Origin: a virus | Lineage: Duplodnaviria > Caudoviricetes | IMG/VR virus record: IMGVR_UViG_3300026735_000021 | Location: 22,625-86,624 of that record | Strand: one strand, 5' to 3' | DNA length: 64,000 bases | Part shown: positions 40,019 to 51,114 of the stretch, in pieces | How the letters are laid out: every line of letters starts with the position of its first letter | Position numbering within the stretch: the first letter of the stretch is position 1 | Position numbers and translations under genes: made by a program | Notes under the pieces: model-generated | What the model saw: only the letters and a program-made list of their open reading frames with translations | The model's database searches: none | Told to the model about the DNA's origin: nothing

Positions 40019-43000
40019 TTATGGTTCTAAATCATCTGACGATGACGATTTAGCCATATTTACAGTATGTTGTGATACCTCTACATTAGATAAATCAACT
40101 GAAGATTTTTCTTTTGGTAAAGGTTTTTCTAGGTTAGCTTCTACTTCACGTTGTTGAATTGCCACTTTATCGAGAATATCTTGTTTAAGCAATGTTGTTT
40201 CATCTGTTGCTTCTCGCATTTTAAGTGGCGCAAATTGTTGACTACGTTCACCTTCAAGGAGACTTCTATTCTTTTCAGCCAGTGCAATCAAACGATCATA
40301 ACCACCACCATATGCAACTTGGTCAAGAGGTGATCCTTTTTCTTTTGCAATTTCTTTGATTGATTTAACGGCTGTTGTGCCATTTTCACTCATAAGATTA
40401 GCAATTGTATCAAGATATTCTTCGTTGAAATCAACGCCCAATTTTTCAGAAAGAACATGAGTCATTTCTGATTTGAATTGGCGTGCCGAAATATCTTTTT
40501 GTTTACCATCTGCTGATTTACCACCATATAAATTATTCAATGAACTTGACAATTCATCATTGATGATTTTAGCTTGACGAGGGTCATGCTTAATTTGAAG
40601 TGTACCTTGTGTGATTGGATATGTGATTTCAAGGGCAGCTTTCATATCGTCATCACGCAATGCCGCAACCAATTTTTGAGAGAATCCACCGGCTAAACCA
40701 GTATCATCAGATTTAACACCCGTTGCTTCTTGAATGGCTTGAGCATCACTAAGGTTTTTGATTGGACGTTCATTGAATTTTTTAACTTCAATTTTTCCAG
40801 ATTCAATTTGTTTAGACAATTTGTCACTATCTGATTCAACTTCATACCCAAAATAATCCATCAATTCAACAAATTTGCTAGGACTACCTTTTGCTTTGTT
40901 TTTAACCATTTGGGCAAATGATTCAACCATAGACTGTTTATCATCTAATCGAACATAATCCCCACCAAACCCATGATCACGGAAAGCCTTATGGCTATAA
41001 TTATTCAAATCGCGCAATGCTTTTTTAGTCAACATGCCTGTTGCGTCTTTAGCATTTGCATTTGCTTTAGCTTGATTTAAAAGATCTGTTACTTCAGTAG
41101 AACCTGTATCTTTCAAAGCTTTAGCTTCAGCTGAAGACAAATCCATTCCGCTTTGGAAATATAAATCATACTGTCCATCTTTATTCAAACCAGCACCAAA
41201 ATCAAGCATGTTAGCTTCGTGTCCAAACAATTCTTTCAATTGTTTATTAGCTTCAGGTGAATGTAATTTGATAAGACCCATTGTATCACCATCAAAGTCC
41301 ATATCATGTGATTTGTCCGCAATTGGATTAATTGAAATACCATGAACAGATTCATCATGTTTAACGGTAAAGGCACGAATCGCACCGTCACGAAGAACTG
41401 GATCACGCCAGCCCATGACAACGTCACCTTCTTTAACACCAAGTGAAGCCATCATAGCGGAGTTCATACCAGCATCACCTATATCCAAACGAGGGTCTAC
41501 AATAGCTACAGCTGTTGCTGAGTTATTCATACGTTTACCCATGATCTTATCACGAATGAAACTATGTTTACCATTAGGCCCACCATTCAATTGACGGTCA
41601 ATGATTTCTGATTGAATTTTGTCAAATGCTTTTTGAACGGACGCTTGAGCCGTATCACGATCACGAACGAATCTATCGTATGCATTTTTGACAGATGTAT
41701 TATCCATATCACCTGTGAAGTTTTTGATTTTTTCATCAAGCTTATTGAACTCACCAAGGTTATCATACATTGAAACATAATGACCAGTAAAATCATGAAC
41801 GCGTAAGCGATCATCTACCAATTCTGTATCTTTACGCAGATTTGCTGACAATACAGGAATTTGGAACATGCCATCACTATCAGTTTGAACAGATTTTCCA
41901 TTTTTAAATTTAATATCAAATGGAACTTTAAGGAATCCACCATGATCTTTGATTTGGTTCAAGAAATCAGCTGGACTTTTCTCTGGGTCATAATCAAATG
42001 AGTTACGAATTTCACCAGTTTGAGGTGTATATTCTGAAAGCAATGTACCATCAGCTTTCATATCCAAACCAGTTGTAATCAAGTATTCACGGAATGTAGA
42101 CCAAGGGCCAACATTATCTCCATAAATTTCTTCCATGATTTTATCTGCATTTTTAGATTGCAATGCCCATGCCAACTGTCCTGATGCTTTACGTCCTTTA
42201 CCTGAAGCAATATCCTCAGCTGAATAAGCATGCGTTTTATGATCAACAGTTAAGTCAGTAACAATCACATTCAAGCTACCTGTAGCGCCTTTTAAGGTTT
42301 TACCTTCAATAGGGTCATAAACAGATTTAGTTTCACCATCCATCAATTCAAGAACGACACCCGCGTTATCACGACTTAACATTGAATATGGGGCACCAAC
42401 AAGATCTAACCAGGGGTTAGCTTTCATGATAGCTACTTCATGTGTAAGCTTTTGGGCTTCAGCCTCAGCTGGATCCATGTTTCGATCAATAACAATACCT
42501 AGTGTACCTTTGTTACCCCCAAAGTCGGAAATCTTATCACCACGTTGCAGTTTACGTAAAGATCCAAACTCATTTAATTTAGTATCAAATGTTTCTTTTG
42601 ACACTTTATTATTTAAACTTGCTTCATAAATTTCATACAAATTAAGAAAATCTTTATTTGTATATGGCAATTTCATACCTAATGCGTCGGAAATTGTACG
42701 CTCCCTTGGATTAAATTGATTACGGAAATCTGAAATAGTTTCACCATCTGAAGCTGATTTGAAAACTTCGAGCGCATGTAATGCCGCTTCTTTATTTTCC
42801 TCATTAACACTAGCACCAGGAACATAGTTACGTTCAGCAAATTCAAGTGATGCGGCATAACTATCGTCAAATGTCCAACCACCAAAGTCCGTCAATGCTG
42901 TCCCAACATTTTCATCAATATGTAGTGCTGTCATTAATTGATTGGCCGCCATTTGATTACGGTCCCATGCATTATAATCATGATATTTAAAATAATCTAA

Positions 43001-46000
43001 TTTTTGCAATGCTGTTTTATCTGCAACCAATTCGCCTTTATCATTAAACATTCCTTGACTAGCTTTAACTGAGCCATCAGGTTTAACCTCAGCTCCGTCG
43101 GTCAAGTACCAGATCAACCCTTGAGTTTTACCTGTACCTGTCATAGTCAAGTCCGCAATGTTAGTCAAATCAGAATCAAGAATACGCATATTCTTTTCAC
43201 CCGCAGCTTTGAAATAGCTAAATGCCGCTTCATCTTCTTCATTGATACGATTTTTTTCAGCACGAGTTGCGGCGCTTGTTGTCGCATGTTCTCCATATTG
43301 ATTATCGAAACGAACACGATTAGATAATGTTTTAAGAATAGCATCCACACATTCTTTATCAAGATTACTATTAGCCACAAAATCAAGATCAATACGTTTA
43401 CCGTATACATCTCCATGGTACAACCCATTAAGGGTGCTTGAATCTAATCCTGTTGGAATATTATTCAATGTCATATTAAACGGACGAAGCATTTGTCCAC
43501 GAACGGCAGCTCTAACTTGGTCTTGTAATGATTCTTCGAAGCCTTTTACACGAAAACGATCCATTCGACTATCATTTGCATAATCACCATCGAAACTGAA
43601 ATATCCAGTATAACCCGGAACTAAACCGTAATTTTCACCCGATGCAAATTTTGTTTTGATGATTCCATTTTCGTCTGGAATAATAATTTGTCCAATTTCA
43701 CCAGAAATTGTTTCAGGTACAGCTGCCTTCTTAGTTTGACCTTTCGTCCGAACAGCCGTCCATTTGACGATACCGTTTTCATCAATAAGCACTTCAGGTT
43801 TTGCCCCATTAACGCCTTTAAAATCACCGTCAGTCAAAGTATCTTGAATTGCAGTTAATGCTCGATATGTCATTGATGTTTGTGGTACATCATCAATAGA
43901 TATAGCTGATCCTGGATCAAATTTAATCAAACGGTCTTTTACTGAGTTAGTCGCGAAATCATTACCATGAAGTTTATTTAAATCATAATTTGAAACTTTA
44001 AGAGCTGACATTGTCGCTTCACGAACATTTCGACGAGATGTTTCACGAACATTATCAATAATAAATCCTGGAGTAAATCCAGTTTCATATGAACCTACGG
44101 TTTCGTCCATAATCATGTCAAAAATTTCATTACCAAATTCAGTAATATCATCAGGTCCAACTTCTCGATTAGACAATACAGTTGCATCGTAAATTGACAA
44201 CAAATCAAAATCTGACTCTTTAATAGAAACAAGCATTTCAGCTTTCATTAATTCAGCATTGCCATCAGCATAAAGTTGAGTTAATTTCATAACATCATCA
44301 ATATAACCTTTTTGCAGTTCTTGAATGTTTTGATTAAGACTATACAAACTTGTCATTTCTTCACGGACACGAGCCATACCTTCTTTATCTTTAGTTACCG
44401 CAAATTCCCTAAATTCTGCTAACTTTTCATTAATTTCATTACGTTTGAAATCTGACGCCACAAGAGACCGAACGTCAGCAATTGATTCACGCAAGAAGTC
44501 TTCTGCCTCCGCGGGTGTATTAAACACAATGGAATCAAAACGATGTTTTACAGGTGAGACGTACAAGTGATCAGCACTATTTTCAGCCAATTCACGAACA
44601 ATAACACTATTGCTATCACTCTTAGACATGACAATCTTACCACCCTTACGACCCATAACGAAATCTAATTGTGATTTAATATCATTAACCGTAGGTTCTG
44701 CCCTACCACCTTGCTCTTTACGAAGATAGTAATATGAATTAAATGAATCATATACACGTCCAATATACTGAGGTTTTTCATCAAATACACGGAGATTTGT
44801 ATTTGGACGCATTTCTCCATTTGAAAGACCATTCAATGTCAGCTCAAGGATATTTTGTGATTTAGATTCTTTGATTGAAAAATCAATACCATTACTACGA
44901 AGATAACGTAAAATTTCTACAGACTTATACGCTGTTTCTCGAGATACTTTGATATCGCTAGAGATCAAACGTGACGCTAATACCGCATCAGGTCCTGACA
45001 AATATGCTCCTATTGCATGTTTTAATCCAGGCTTACGATCATCACCTTTACCTGAACCATCCCAGCCAATAAACACATCAGTAGAGTCAATATCAAATTC
45101 ATCTTCTGTTTCAGCATCAGTTTCAGCTTCAAGATTTACATCATCAAATGGATTTGTTGCGGTGTCAATGCTTATATCATTACCCGATTCAGCATAAGTG
45201 CCAATAGGCGCACCACTATTATCGATCAATTGAACTGATGTCAAACCATCAGTCAATAATTCACGAAGAGATCCATTACGGCTGTACATAAACGCTTTAC
45301 GATAAGTGTTATTATTAAATAATTCATTATCAGCAAAACGTGGATCCACAATTGATGTTGGATGCAAGTTGGCATTAACACGAACATCATATTCTTGTTT
45401 AAATTTATTATTTTGATTAACAATCCACTCAGTATTATTCAAATTATCAGAAACAGAGGAAAGACTAACCCCTTTAGTTTCTTCAATCATTGAAGCTAAT
45501 TGTTTCAAATGTGATGGACGAAGACCTGTTGTTGAAAAATCAACACCCAAATCAGCTCGAAGCTTACGGTAATCATTAAGATTAAGTTTCGTTACACCAT
45601 CCGGCAAATTTGAACTCATAAGCATCATCCATTGTAACATATTGAACTCAGCCGTATTTTGTTCTAATTGTGTTTTCATACTTTCTTTACCATCCGAATA
45701 CACACCAGCCTCTGTTCCATCACTGTTAAGAATAGATACACCACTAGCGGAACCATCATCAATCAATTCATGAAGACTTTTATCTCGAGTATAAAGAAAA
45801 GGCTTATTGTTATTAGGATTCGAAATCACCGTGTTATCAATAAATGTTGGATCAATTATTGATGTAGGATGCATATTACGATTAACACGATCCGCATATA
45901 TTGCTTTAAATGCATTATTTTGATTAACAATCCAATCCCTATTATTGAAATTAGTTTTAAAGTTGTCCAATTCAGTTGTCACACCAGCCACACCACCAAT

Positions 46001-46207
46001 AAGTGAAACCAGTTGTTTCAAATGAGACGGATGAATACCAGTTGTTGAAAAATCAACACCCCAATCTGATCGAACTCTACGATAGTCCGGAACTTTTAAA
46101 CGACGTTGTTCTGGTAGTTGACTACCAATCAACATCATCCATTGGAATGCATTAAACTCAGATTGATTCTGAGCTAAAGCTGTTTTCTTCTGTACAGTAT
46201 CTGCCAT
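40019..46207 (-). CDS. Putative single-chain two-barrel RNA polymerase (beta-like and beta'-like cores fused)
   Basis: GWTFDDS (~beta GYNFEDS), RKLQRGDKISDFGGNKG (~beta GDKxxGRHGNKG), MGKRMNNSATAV (~beta' LGKRVDYSGRSV), RDPVLRDGAIRAF (~RAPTLHRLGIQAF), DMDFDGD (~NADFDGD), in the expected order. Confidence 0.85.
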   Translation of the reverse strand: MADTVQKKTALAQNQSEFNAFQWMMLIGSQLPEQRRLKVPDYRRVRSDWGVDFSTTGIHPSHLKQLVSLIGGVAGVTTELDNFKTNFNNRDWIVNQNNAFKAIYADRVNRNMHPTSIIDPTFIDNTVISNPNNNKPFLYTRDKSLHELIDDGSASGVSILNSDGTEAGVYSDGKESMKTQLEQNTAEFNMLQWMMLMSSNLPDGVTKLNLNDYRKLRADLGVDFSTTGLRPSHLKQLASMIEETKGVSLSSVSDNLNNTEWIVNQNNKFKQEYDVRVNANLHPTSIVDPRFADNELFNNNTYRKAFMYSRNGSLRELLTDGLTSVQLIDNSGAPIGTYAESGNDISIDTATNPFDDVNLEAETDAETEDEFDIDSTDVFIGWDGSGKGDDRKPGLKHAIGAYLSGPDAVLASRLISSDIKVSRETAYKSVEILRYLRSNGIDFSIKESKSQNILELTLNGLSNGEMRPNTNLRVFDEKPQYIGRVYDSFNSYYYLRKEQGGRAEPTVNDIKSQLDFVMGRKGGKIVMSKSDSNSVIVRELAENSADHLYVSPVKHRFDSIVFNTPAEAEDFLRESIADVRSLVASDFKRNEINEKLAEFREFAVTKDKEGMARVREEMTSLYSLNQNIQELQKGYIDDVMKLTQLYADGNAELMKAEMLVSIKESDFDLLSIYDATVLSNREVGPDDITEFGNEIFDMIMDETVGSYETGFTPGFIIDNVRETSRRNVREATMSALKVSNYDLNKLHGNDFATNSVKDRLIKFDPGSAISIDDVPQTSMTYRALTAIQDTLTDGDFKGVNGAKPEVLIDENGIVKWTAVRTKGQTKKAAVPETISGEIGQIIIPDENGIIKTKFASGENYGLVPGYTGYFSFDGDYANDSRMDRFRVKGFEESLQDQVRAAVRGQMLRPFNMTLNNIPTGLDSSTLNGLYHGDVYGKRIDLDFVANSNLDKECVDAILKTLSNRVRFDNQYGEHATTSAATRAEKNRINEEDEAAFSYFKAAGEKNMRILDSDLTNIADLTMTGTGKTQGLIWYLTDGAEVKPDGSVKASQGMFNDKGELVADKTALQKLDYFKYHDYNAWDRNQMAANQLMTALHIDENVGTALTDFGGWTFDDSYAASLEFAERNYVPGASVNEENKEAALHALEVFKSASDGETISDFRNQFNPRERTISDALGMKLPYTNKDFLNLYEIYEASLNNKVSKETFDTKLNEFGSLRKLQRGDKISDFGGNKGTLGIVIDRNMDPAEAEAQKLTHEVAIMKANPWLDLVGAPYSMLSRDNAGVVLELMDGETKSVYDPIEGKTLKGATGSLNVIVTDLTVDHKTHAYSAEDIASGKGRKASGQLAWALQSKNADKIMEEIYGDNVGPWSTFREYLITTGLDMKADGTLLSEYTPQTGEIRNSFDYDPEKSPADFLNQIKDHGGFLKVPFDIKFKNGKSVQTDSDGMFQIPVLSANLRKDTELVDDRLRVHDFTGHYVSMYDNLGEFNKLDEKIKNFTGDMDNTSVKNAYDRFVRDRDTAQASVQKAFDKIQSEIIDRQLNGGPNGKHSFIRDKIMGKRMNNSATAVAIVDPRLDIGDAGMNSAMMASLGVKEGDVVMGWRDPVLRDGAIRAFTVKHDESVHGISINPIADKSHDMDFDGDTMGLIKLHSPEANKQLKELFGHEANMLDFGAGLNKDGQYDLYFQSGMDLSSAEAKALKDTGSTEVTDLLNQAKANANAKDATGMLTKKALRDLNNYSHKAFRDHGFGGDYVRLDDKQSMVESFAQMVKNKAKGSPSKFVELMDYFGYEVESDSDKLSKQIESGKIEVKKFNERPIKNLSDAQAIQEATGVKSDDTGLAGGFSQKLVAALRDDDMKAALEITYPITQGTLQIKHDPRQAKIINDELSSSLNNLYGGKSADGKQKDISARQFKSEMTHVLSEKLGVDFNEEYLDTIANLMSENGTTAVKSIKEIAKEKGSPLDQVAYGGGYDRLIALAEKNRSLLEGERSQQFAPLKMREATDETTLLKQDILDKVAIQQREVEANLEKPLPKEKSSVDLSNVEVSQHTVNMAKSSSSDDLEP

Positions 46208-46306
46208 GAAGTTGTTACTCCTTTTCTGAGGATATATTTAGAATAATCCTATCCTATAAGTAATATTTTACCATAATATCAGGTAAGATTCTAATTAAAA
46301 CTTAAA

Positions 46307-46336
46307 CAAAAAAAACAGAAAGCAGTTGCTTTCTGT
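46307..46336 (-). terminator. Intrinsic terminator after virD4
   Basis: CAGAAAGCA/TGCTTTCTG stem followed by T run on - strand. Confidence 0.8.
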
Positions 46337-46342
46337 AAAAAA

Positions 46343-47668
46343 TTAATCAATTTGAATTTTTCTATTATAGGTTGATGCTACGGCTGCGTCGAATCGACCG
46401 CCAGCAATATCAGACCATGAATCTAACGAAACAAGCCATTTAACAAAGGCATCTGTCACTTCATATTTAAGTGTACGATCCGTATTTTCATCCATTCCAT
46501 TAATTTTAGAATTTGCATCACGAGACGCAGCATCCAATTCATCAATTTCATCAGAATTAAGACCAGTTAAACTTCTAATAAAAACTTCATTTTGATCGCT
46601 ATAAAGTTCACCAGTATCTTTGTTATATCGAAATTTAGTATCATTTTTAAAGTATTGCTCTGTATCTTGATATGCTTCACTCAACACACGATACAATTCA
46701 CCCGATAATTGGCCGGCTTCATTAACAAACATTGATTTAGACAACAGTCCTTTTGCATATATTTTAATTTCATTTTTAAGAACATTCTGTTTCAATTTAT
46801 CAACTTCATCTAATAATTCATTATTAGGAACTGAACTTTCAACAAGATCTTGACCCCTACGCTCAGCTAGTTCCTCGGCCGCTACTTGTGCTTGAATATA
46901 TTCATCCTCTGAATTGAAACCAGAGTCTCGCCAAACTTCTTGATTATGATCAGATTTATACAAGAAATCATTAATGGCATTCATTAAATCATCACTTAAT
47001 ACATCCGGGTCTAATTGATCCATATGATGTTCTGTATAATCATAAACTGACATATATGTTGTTCTTACTGTGTCAACCATTTTTGCTTGTTCCAATCGTT
47101 TATCCAACATAGCATAGAAGTTTGGTTGATTTTGTCTCACATCAAAATCTTTAGCCAATGACAAAGTAGGAACTGTTTGTAATGAATACTTCTTACGAGG
47201 GTCACGAATTGTATTTCCAAGCAAAGCATAACTCATTGCCAATACTGTTTCATTCCTATTCCACACAGGTGAAACCCCTGCTCTAAGAACAACACTATTC
47301 CGAGGTGGAATGAACAGCAAATCATTGAATGATATAACTGGGCGTTCTTTTGTTGACATTGTATAAGATATACGTCCCTCATTTTTATTTAAGATACGTT
47401 CATTATCACGAGTGATTGTTTTAGATTCAATCAATGATTCATGAGTTTGTCCTGACAACTTAACCAATGTATCTAACATTGAGTCATCTGTTGATTTCAA
47501 GAAAACAATAGAGGCATTACCTTGAATAATTTTATCAACACTATCCCCGTAAACGTCCCGTAATTGTTGTAATGTTTGTAATATAAGTGTAAATTGTTGA
47601 TCTTGACCCAGCCCAATACTTAACATTGTTTGTAATGCTGGGATACCATGACCCTCATTTTGTAAGTT
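46343..47668 (-). CDS. virD4: VirD4/TraG coupling protein, exon 4
   Basis: Begins NLQNEGHGIPALQTMLSIGLGQDQQFTLILQTLQQL, continuing the Walker B MLDELG of exon 3; ORF-track prefix MLRTSETTNKKKT is intron sequence. Confidence 0.88.
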   Translation of the reverse strand, partial: NLQNEGHGIPALQTMLSIGLGQDQQFTLILQTLQQLRDVYGDSVDKIIQGNASIVFLKSTDDSMLDTLVKLSGQTHESLIESKTITRDNERILNKNEGRISYTMSTKERPVISFNDLLFIPPRNSVVLRAGVSPVWNRNETVLAMSYALLGNTIRDPRKKYSLQTVPTLSLAKDFDVRQNQPNFYAMLDKRLEQAKMVDTVRTTYMSVYDYTEHHMDQLDPDVLSDDLMNAINDFLYKSDHNQEVWRDSGFNSEDEYIQAQVAAEELAERRGQDLVESSVPNNELLDEVDKLKQNVLKNEIKIYAKGLLSKSMFVNEAGQLSGELYRVLSEAYQDTEQYFKNDTKFRYNKDTGELYSDQNEVFIRSLTGLNSDEIDELDAASRDANSKINGMDENTDRTLKYEVTDAFVKWLVSLDSWSDIAGGRFDAAVASTYNRKIQID

Positions 47669-49625
47669 CGTTTTTTTTTTATTTGTCGTTTCACTTGTTC
47701 GTAACACAAGCTCTATGTTAATTCATAGCACCCTCATTACAAGGCGTTAACCAGACTATATGTCAAGGTCTACTACTTTCGTAGCGATTCCCCCATCTAT
47801 TTTTCGCGCACGTCATATACTTACGTCGCTAACGGAGACGCCATCTCCTAGTCGTTAGAGGTTATACCTAAAACATTAGGCATAAGTCCTACCCGAACAT
47901 GCTCTTTTTACTAATTAAAGTACATCAACTTAGCAACACTATTAATGTTTTTTTATTTCAGCATATTGACATCTTACTTATTTCTTTCAGGTTTCCCAGC
48001 ATTCACGCTCATTGTTACCAATCACGTTGTAGCAAAGTAAGCTCTTAAAGCACTTCCGCGGGTTTAATTGATGTAAAGGTACGCACACATTACATATACG
48101 CAGGGCACTTACTTCAATTAAGAGTTTCTTATTATTTATTCAAAAATTTTATTTCCAATCATGTCTAATGGGGCATCCATCACTAATCCAACGTTTGGCA
48201 TCATTGAGATTACAATCCCATAATACAACATAATTCAAATTATTGGCACGAGCCATAGTTCGTTTGGTCACATCAGACCCCGTCCAAATATCAACATATC
48301 GATCATATAATGGTGTATGTTTTGATTTTAAATAATCAACTTTAGTCAAATCTTCATCAGATTCAGGATCAAACCATTTCCCACCATGTAACCATGTAGC
48401 ATTTAATTCAATAAATAAATCTAAAGATTTAATATAAAAATCGCAATTAAATGGGTATCGTTTATCTAAACGATGTTGTGTCATCACATCATCTTGCCCA
48501 AAATAATTAACAAGCATTTTACCTAATAATTGTTCAGGTTTTGATGTATTCATTGTGCCATTCATCTTTTTAGTATTCTGTATCTTCATAATAGTCTCTT
48601 CTGAACCAAGACAACTTCGTCCGATACTACTACTAGCCCAATGTTCTGATCCATATCTAATCAAACATGTTGATTTTCGTTTATTCATATATTCTTCTGA
48701 ATAAAACACACGCTTAGCATCATTACTCGTTTGCCATAATTGTGAACCATATCTAATCATATTTGTTGCTTTAGTTTTAGCTACAACTTCATCCGCTGAT
48801 AATAATTGTTTCAATCGAACTCTAGCTTCAGCTGATTGCCAATAATAAGGTACACCATATCGTTTCATTGATGTTTCTTTATATTTACGTTGAACATCTG
48901 CTGACAACATGCGTTCACTTCTCAGTTGTCGTTCTTCTGGCGTATTAAATATATGATTTAAATATTCTTTGCCTTCAGTGCTTTGCGTCCAATGATTTGC
49001 TCCATGATTTTTTAAAGATGTAGCTCTATATTTGGCTCGAGCGTCATCAGATTTAATTCCATCTGACATTTTTTTCCGCACATCGTCAGAACCTAATATT
49101 TCAACGAGTTTTTCTTTACCTATATCACTCTCTGCCCACGTTTTAGACCCATATTTTTCAATATTTGTATTCATCGCTTTAGCTCGAGATTTTTTAGACC
49201 AAGGTCCCTCGTTATTTTCTTTCAACATGCGAGCATTATCACTACCAGCCCATGACTCACTACCATATTTGTCATTATTTGTTTTACGTCGTTTTGCTAA
49301 TACTTCATCCGACTTAATGCGTTCACTTTGTTGTTTACGACGTTCAGGTGTCCAATAATTAGCTACATTTTCTTTTGCACAAATTTTGCAATAACCACCC
49401 TGTAAATGATATCCAGGTGTTATTTCAAAATCACCATGAATAGAACAAATAACAATAACTTTAGTAGCATTATTAATATAGTCTACTTTGGAATAATCAT
49501 AATTATATTTTTCAATTATTCCTTTATCTTTGAGTTTTTGAATAAATAAGTTAAGTTTACTTAATTTTTGTTCAGTCATAATATGTATTTCCTTTTCGGT
49601 TTATACTTATATTATAACATAATCA
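47669..49625 (-). mobile_element. Group I intron (intron 3 of virD4) with homing endonuclease in the P1 loop
   Basis: P-like GAATGCTGGGAAACC, R TCTAACGACTAG (47847..47859), S GACATATAGTCT (47753..47764), terminal G at 47669; IGS GTAAGTGCCCTG (48101..48112) pairs with both exons; 5' boundary uncertain by 1 nt. Confidence 0.88.
48149..49579 (-). CDS. Intron-encoded homing endonuclease, PD-(D/E)xK/Vsr-like (EDxHD-type)
   Basis: N-terminal CSIHG...CKIC module, ~40-aa repeats (KT...KYGxxxW), C-terminal CDFYIKSLDLFIELN...HGGKWFD. Confidence 0.8.
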   Translation of the reverse strand: MTEQKLSKLNLFIQKLKDKGIIEKYNYDYSKVDYINNATKVIVICSIHGDFEITPGYHLQGGYCKICAKENVANYWTPERRKQQSERIKSDEVLAKRRKTNNDKYGSESWAGSDNARMLKENNEGPWSKKSRAKAMNTNIEKYGSKTWAESDIGKEKLVEILGSDDVRKKMSDGIKSDDARAKYRATSLKNHGANHWTQSTEGKEYLNHIFNTPEERQLRSERMLSADVQRKYKETSMKRYGVPYYWQSAEARVRLKQLLSADEVVAKTKATNMIRYGSQLWQTSNDAKRVFYSEEYMNKRKSTCLIRYGSEHWASSSIGRSCLGSEETIMKIQNTKKMNGTMNTSKPEQLLGKMLVNYFGQDDVMTQHRLDKRYPFNCDFYIKSLDLFIELNATWLHGGKWFDPESDEDLTKVDYLKSKHTPLYDRYVDIWTGSDVTKRTMARANNLNYVVLWDCNLNDAKRWISDGCPIRHDWK

Positions 49626-49626
49626 A

Positions 49627-50457
49627 CCCCAATTCATCAAGCATATACTTAGTTTTGTAAAGAGGCTTTTGTGACTCTTTTACAATATAAGATAAGTCGA
49701 CATTTGAATCGAATGTTTGTTTGATAAGAATCAATATCAATTTAGCATATGTCATCAAATGTGGTGGTGTAATCATAAATACAATTTTTGGTTTTTCTGT
49801 GTATTTTACAGTGCTTTGGCTAAACGCTGGCACTTTAACAATCTTTTCAACAGAACCACCCTCACGAATGTTACGATATTTACGATTAACCATTGTTTGT
49901 TGATAAATGTAGTTTCCAGAACGCGTTTTATGCATTTCACGTAAAACTCCGTCCTTGATAATTTTATTACCCAATACAGGATCTTTGACATAAGATTTAC
50001 CATCAAGGTCGGTTTTATATGTGAGTTCCAATTCAAAATAGAAAGTTTTTATCAACAGTTCTGTTTCTGGATTTCGAATTTCCAGTTTAACATAGGCTTT
50101 TTTACTTTTAGATGTATCAAATTTACCATCAAAGTAATATCTAGCCCAACCTGTTCTATCAATAAGTTGACTGTGATCAAATTGATCGGATTTAGGTCTA
50201 ACGTCCGTCAACTCACCATCACGGTCATAAATCTTACCATCAACTTCTACGTAGCCGTCATTTAACAAACGTCTACTAAAGTTTTTATCTTCATATGCTG
50301 ACCATACAGCTTGCGTTCCAAACATTTTATATCGAGACTCATACTCAGGTGCAAACCTAACTCCTAATCGACGAGGAAATGATAATCCTGCCGCATCGAA
50401 ATTTTGAGACGGTTTACCTGATGTAAGCGTTGATATTGTTGGATCTGTGAAAAAACT
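49627..50457 (-). CDS. virD4: VirD4/TraG coupling protein, exon 3
   Basis: Begins SFFTDPTISTLTSG, ends Walker B KYMLDELG; contains IVFMITPPH; ORF-track prefix MSDKWHQNVTYRN is intron domain VI. Confidence 0.85.
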
Positions 50458-51114
50458 ATTACGATAGGTAACATTTTGATGCCATTTATCTGACAAACTT
50501 TTATATGTTTCATGTCGTTTTCATGACAGCTCCACGTTTTCCCCCGTACCACACCGTGCATGCGACTTTCACCGCACACGGCGTTCCCTCAATATGTATA
50601 AATTAAAAATTATACATATTGACTTGTGACCATCACTTCTTCGTCCATTACAGACGCTATCATTATTTCGATCACTACTTTTCAGCACAAATTCATCTGC
50701 TTATTGTTCTTCGTCAGACTACTGTTCGCTTTGTACCTTTCCACGTTCCAATTGATTTATCGTACATAATATACTTAGGTGCTTTCTATACTTGAGCATT
50801 ACATCATACACCTTTAATGTATCAAGGTTTTTCTACGCAATGACAATACTAAACCTCATAATATTCAAGTTTTAAATCGAAAGTTCGTCCAACTATTGTT
50901 ATACTCACCATATATATTGACGCCCGCCCTATCTAATTTTCATTATTCAGGCGACTTTACCGAGCTTCGAACATATAATGTTTCCATTTAATGCACGTCG
51001 GAGATTAGCGTAAACGCTTCAGATCGTTACATCTTCATTTCGTTTATCAATCAATTAGTTCTCCATGAGAATATTCTCATGTGTAAACACTTTTCATGTT
51101 CAAACGTGTCGCAC
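50458..51114 (-). mobile_element. ORF-less group II intron (intron 2 of virD4), 657 nt
   Basis: Starts GTGCG after GCA ATG; domain V ACGCCGTGTGCGGTGAAAGTCGCATGCACGGTGT; ends TACCTATCGTAAT (AY); removal gives in-frame TAM|SFF. Confidence 0.92.
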
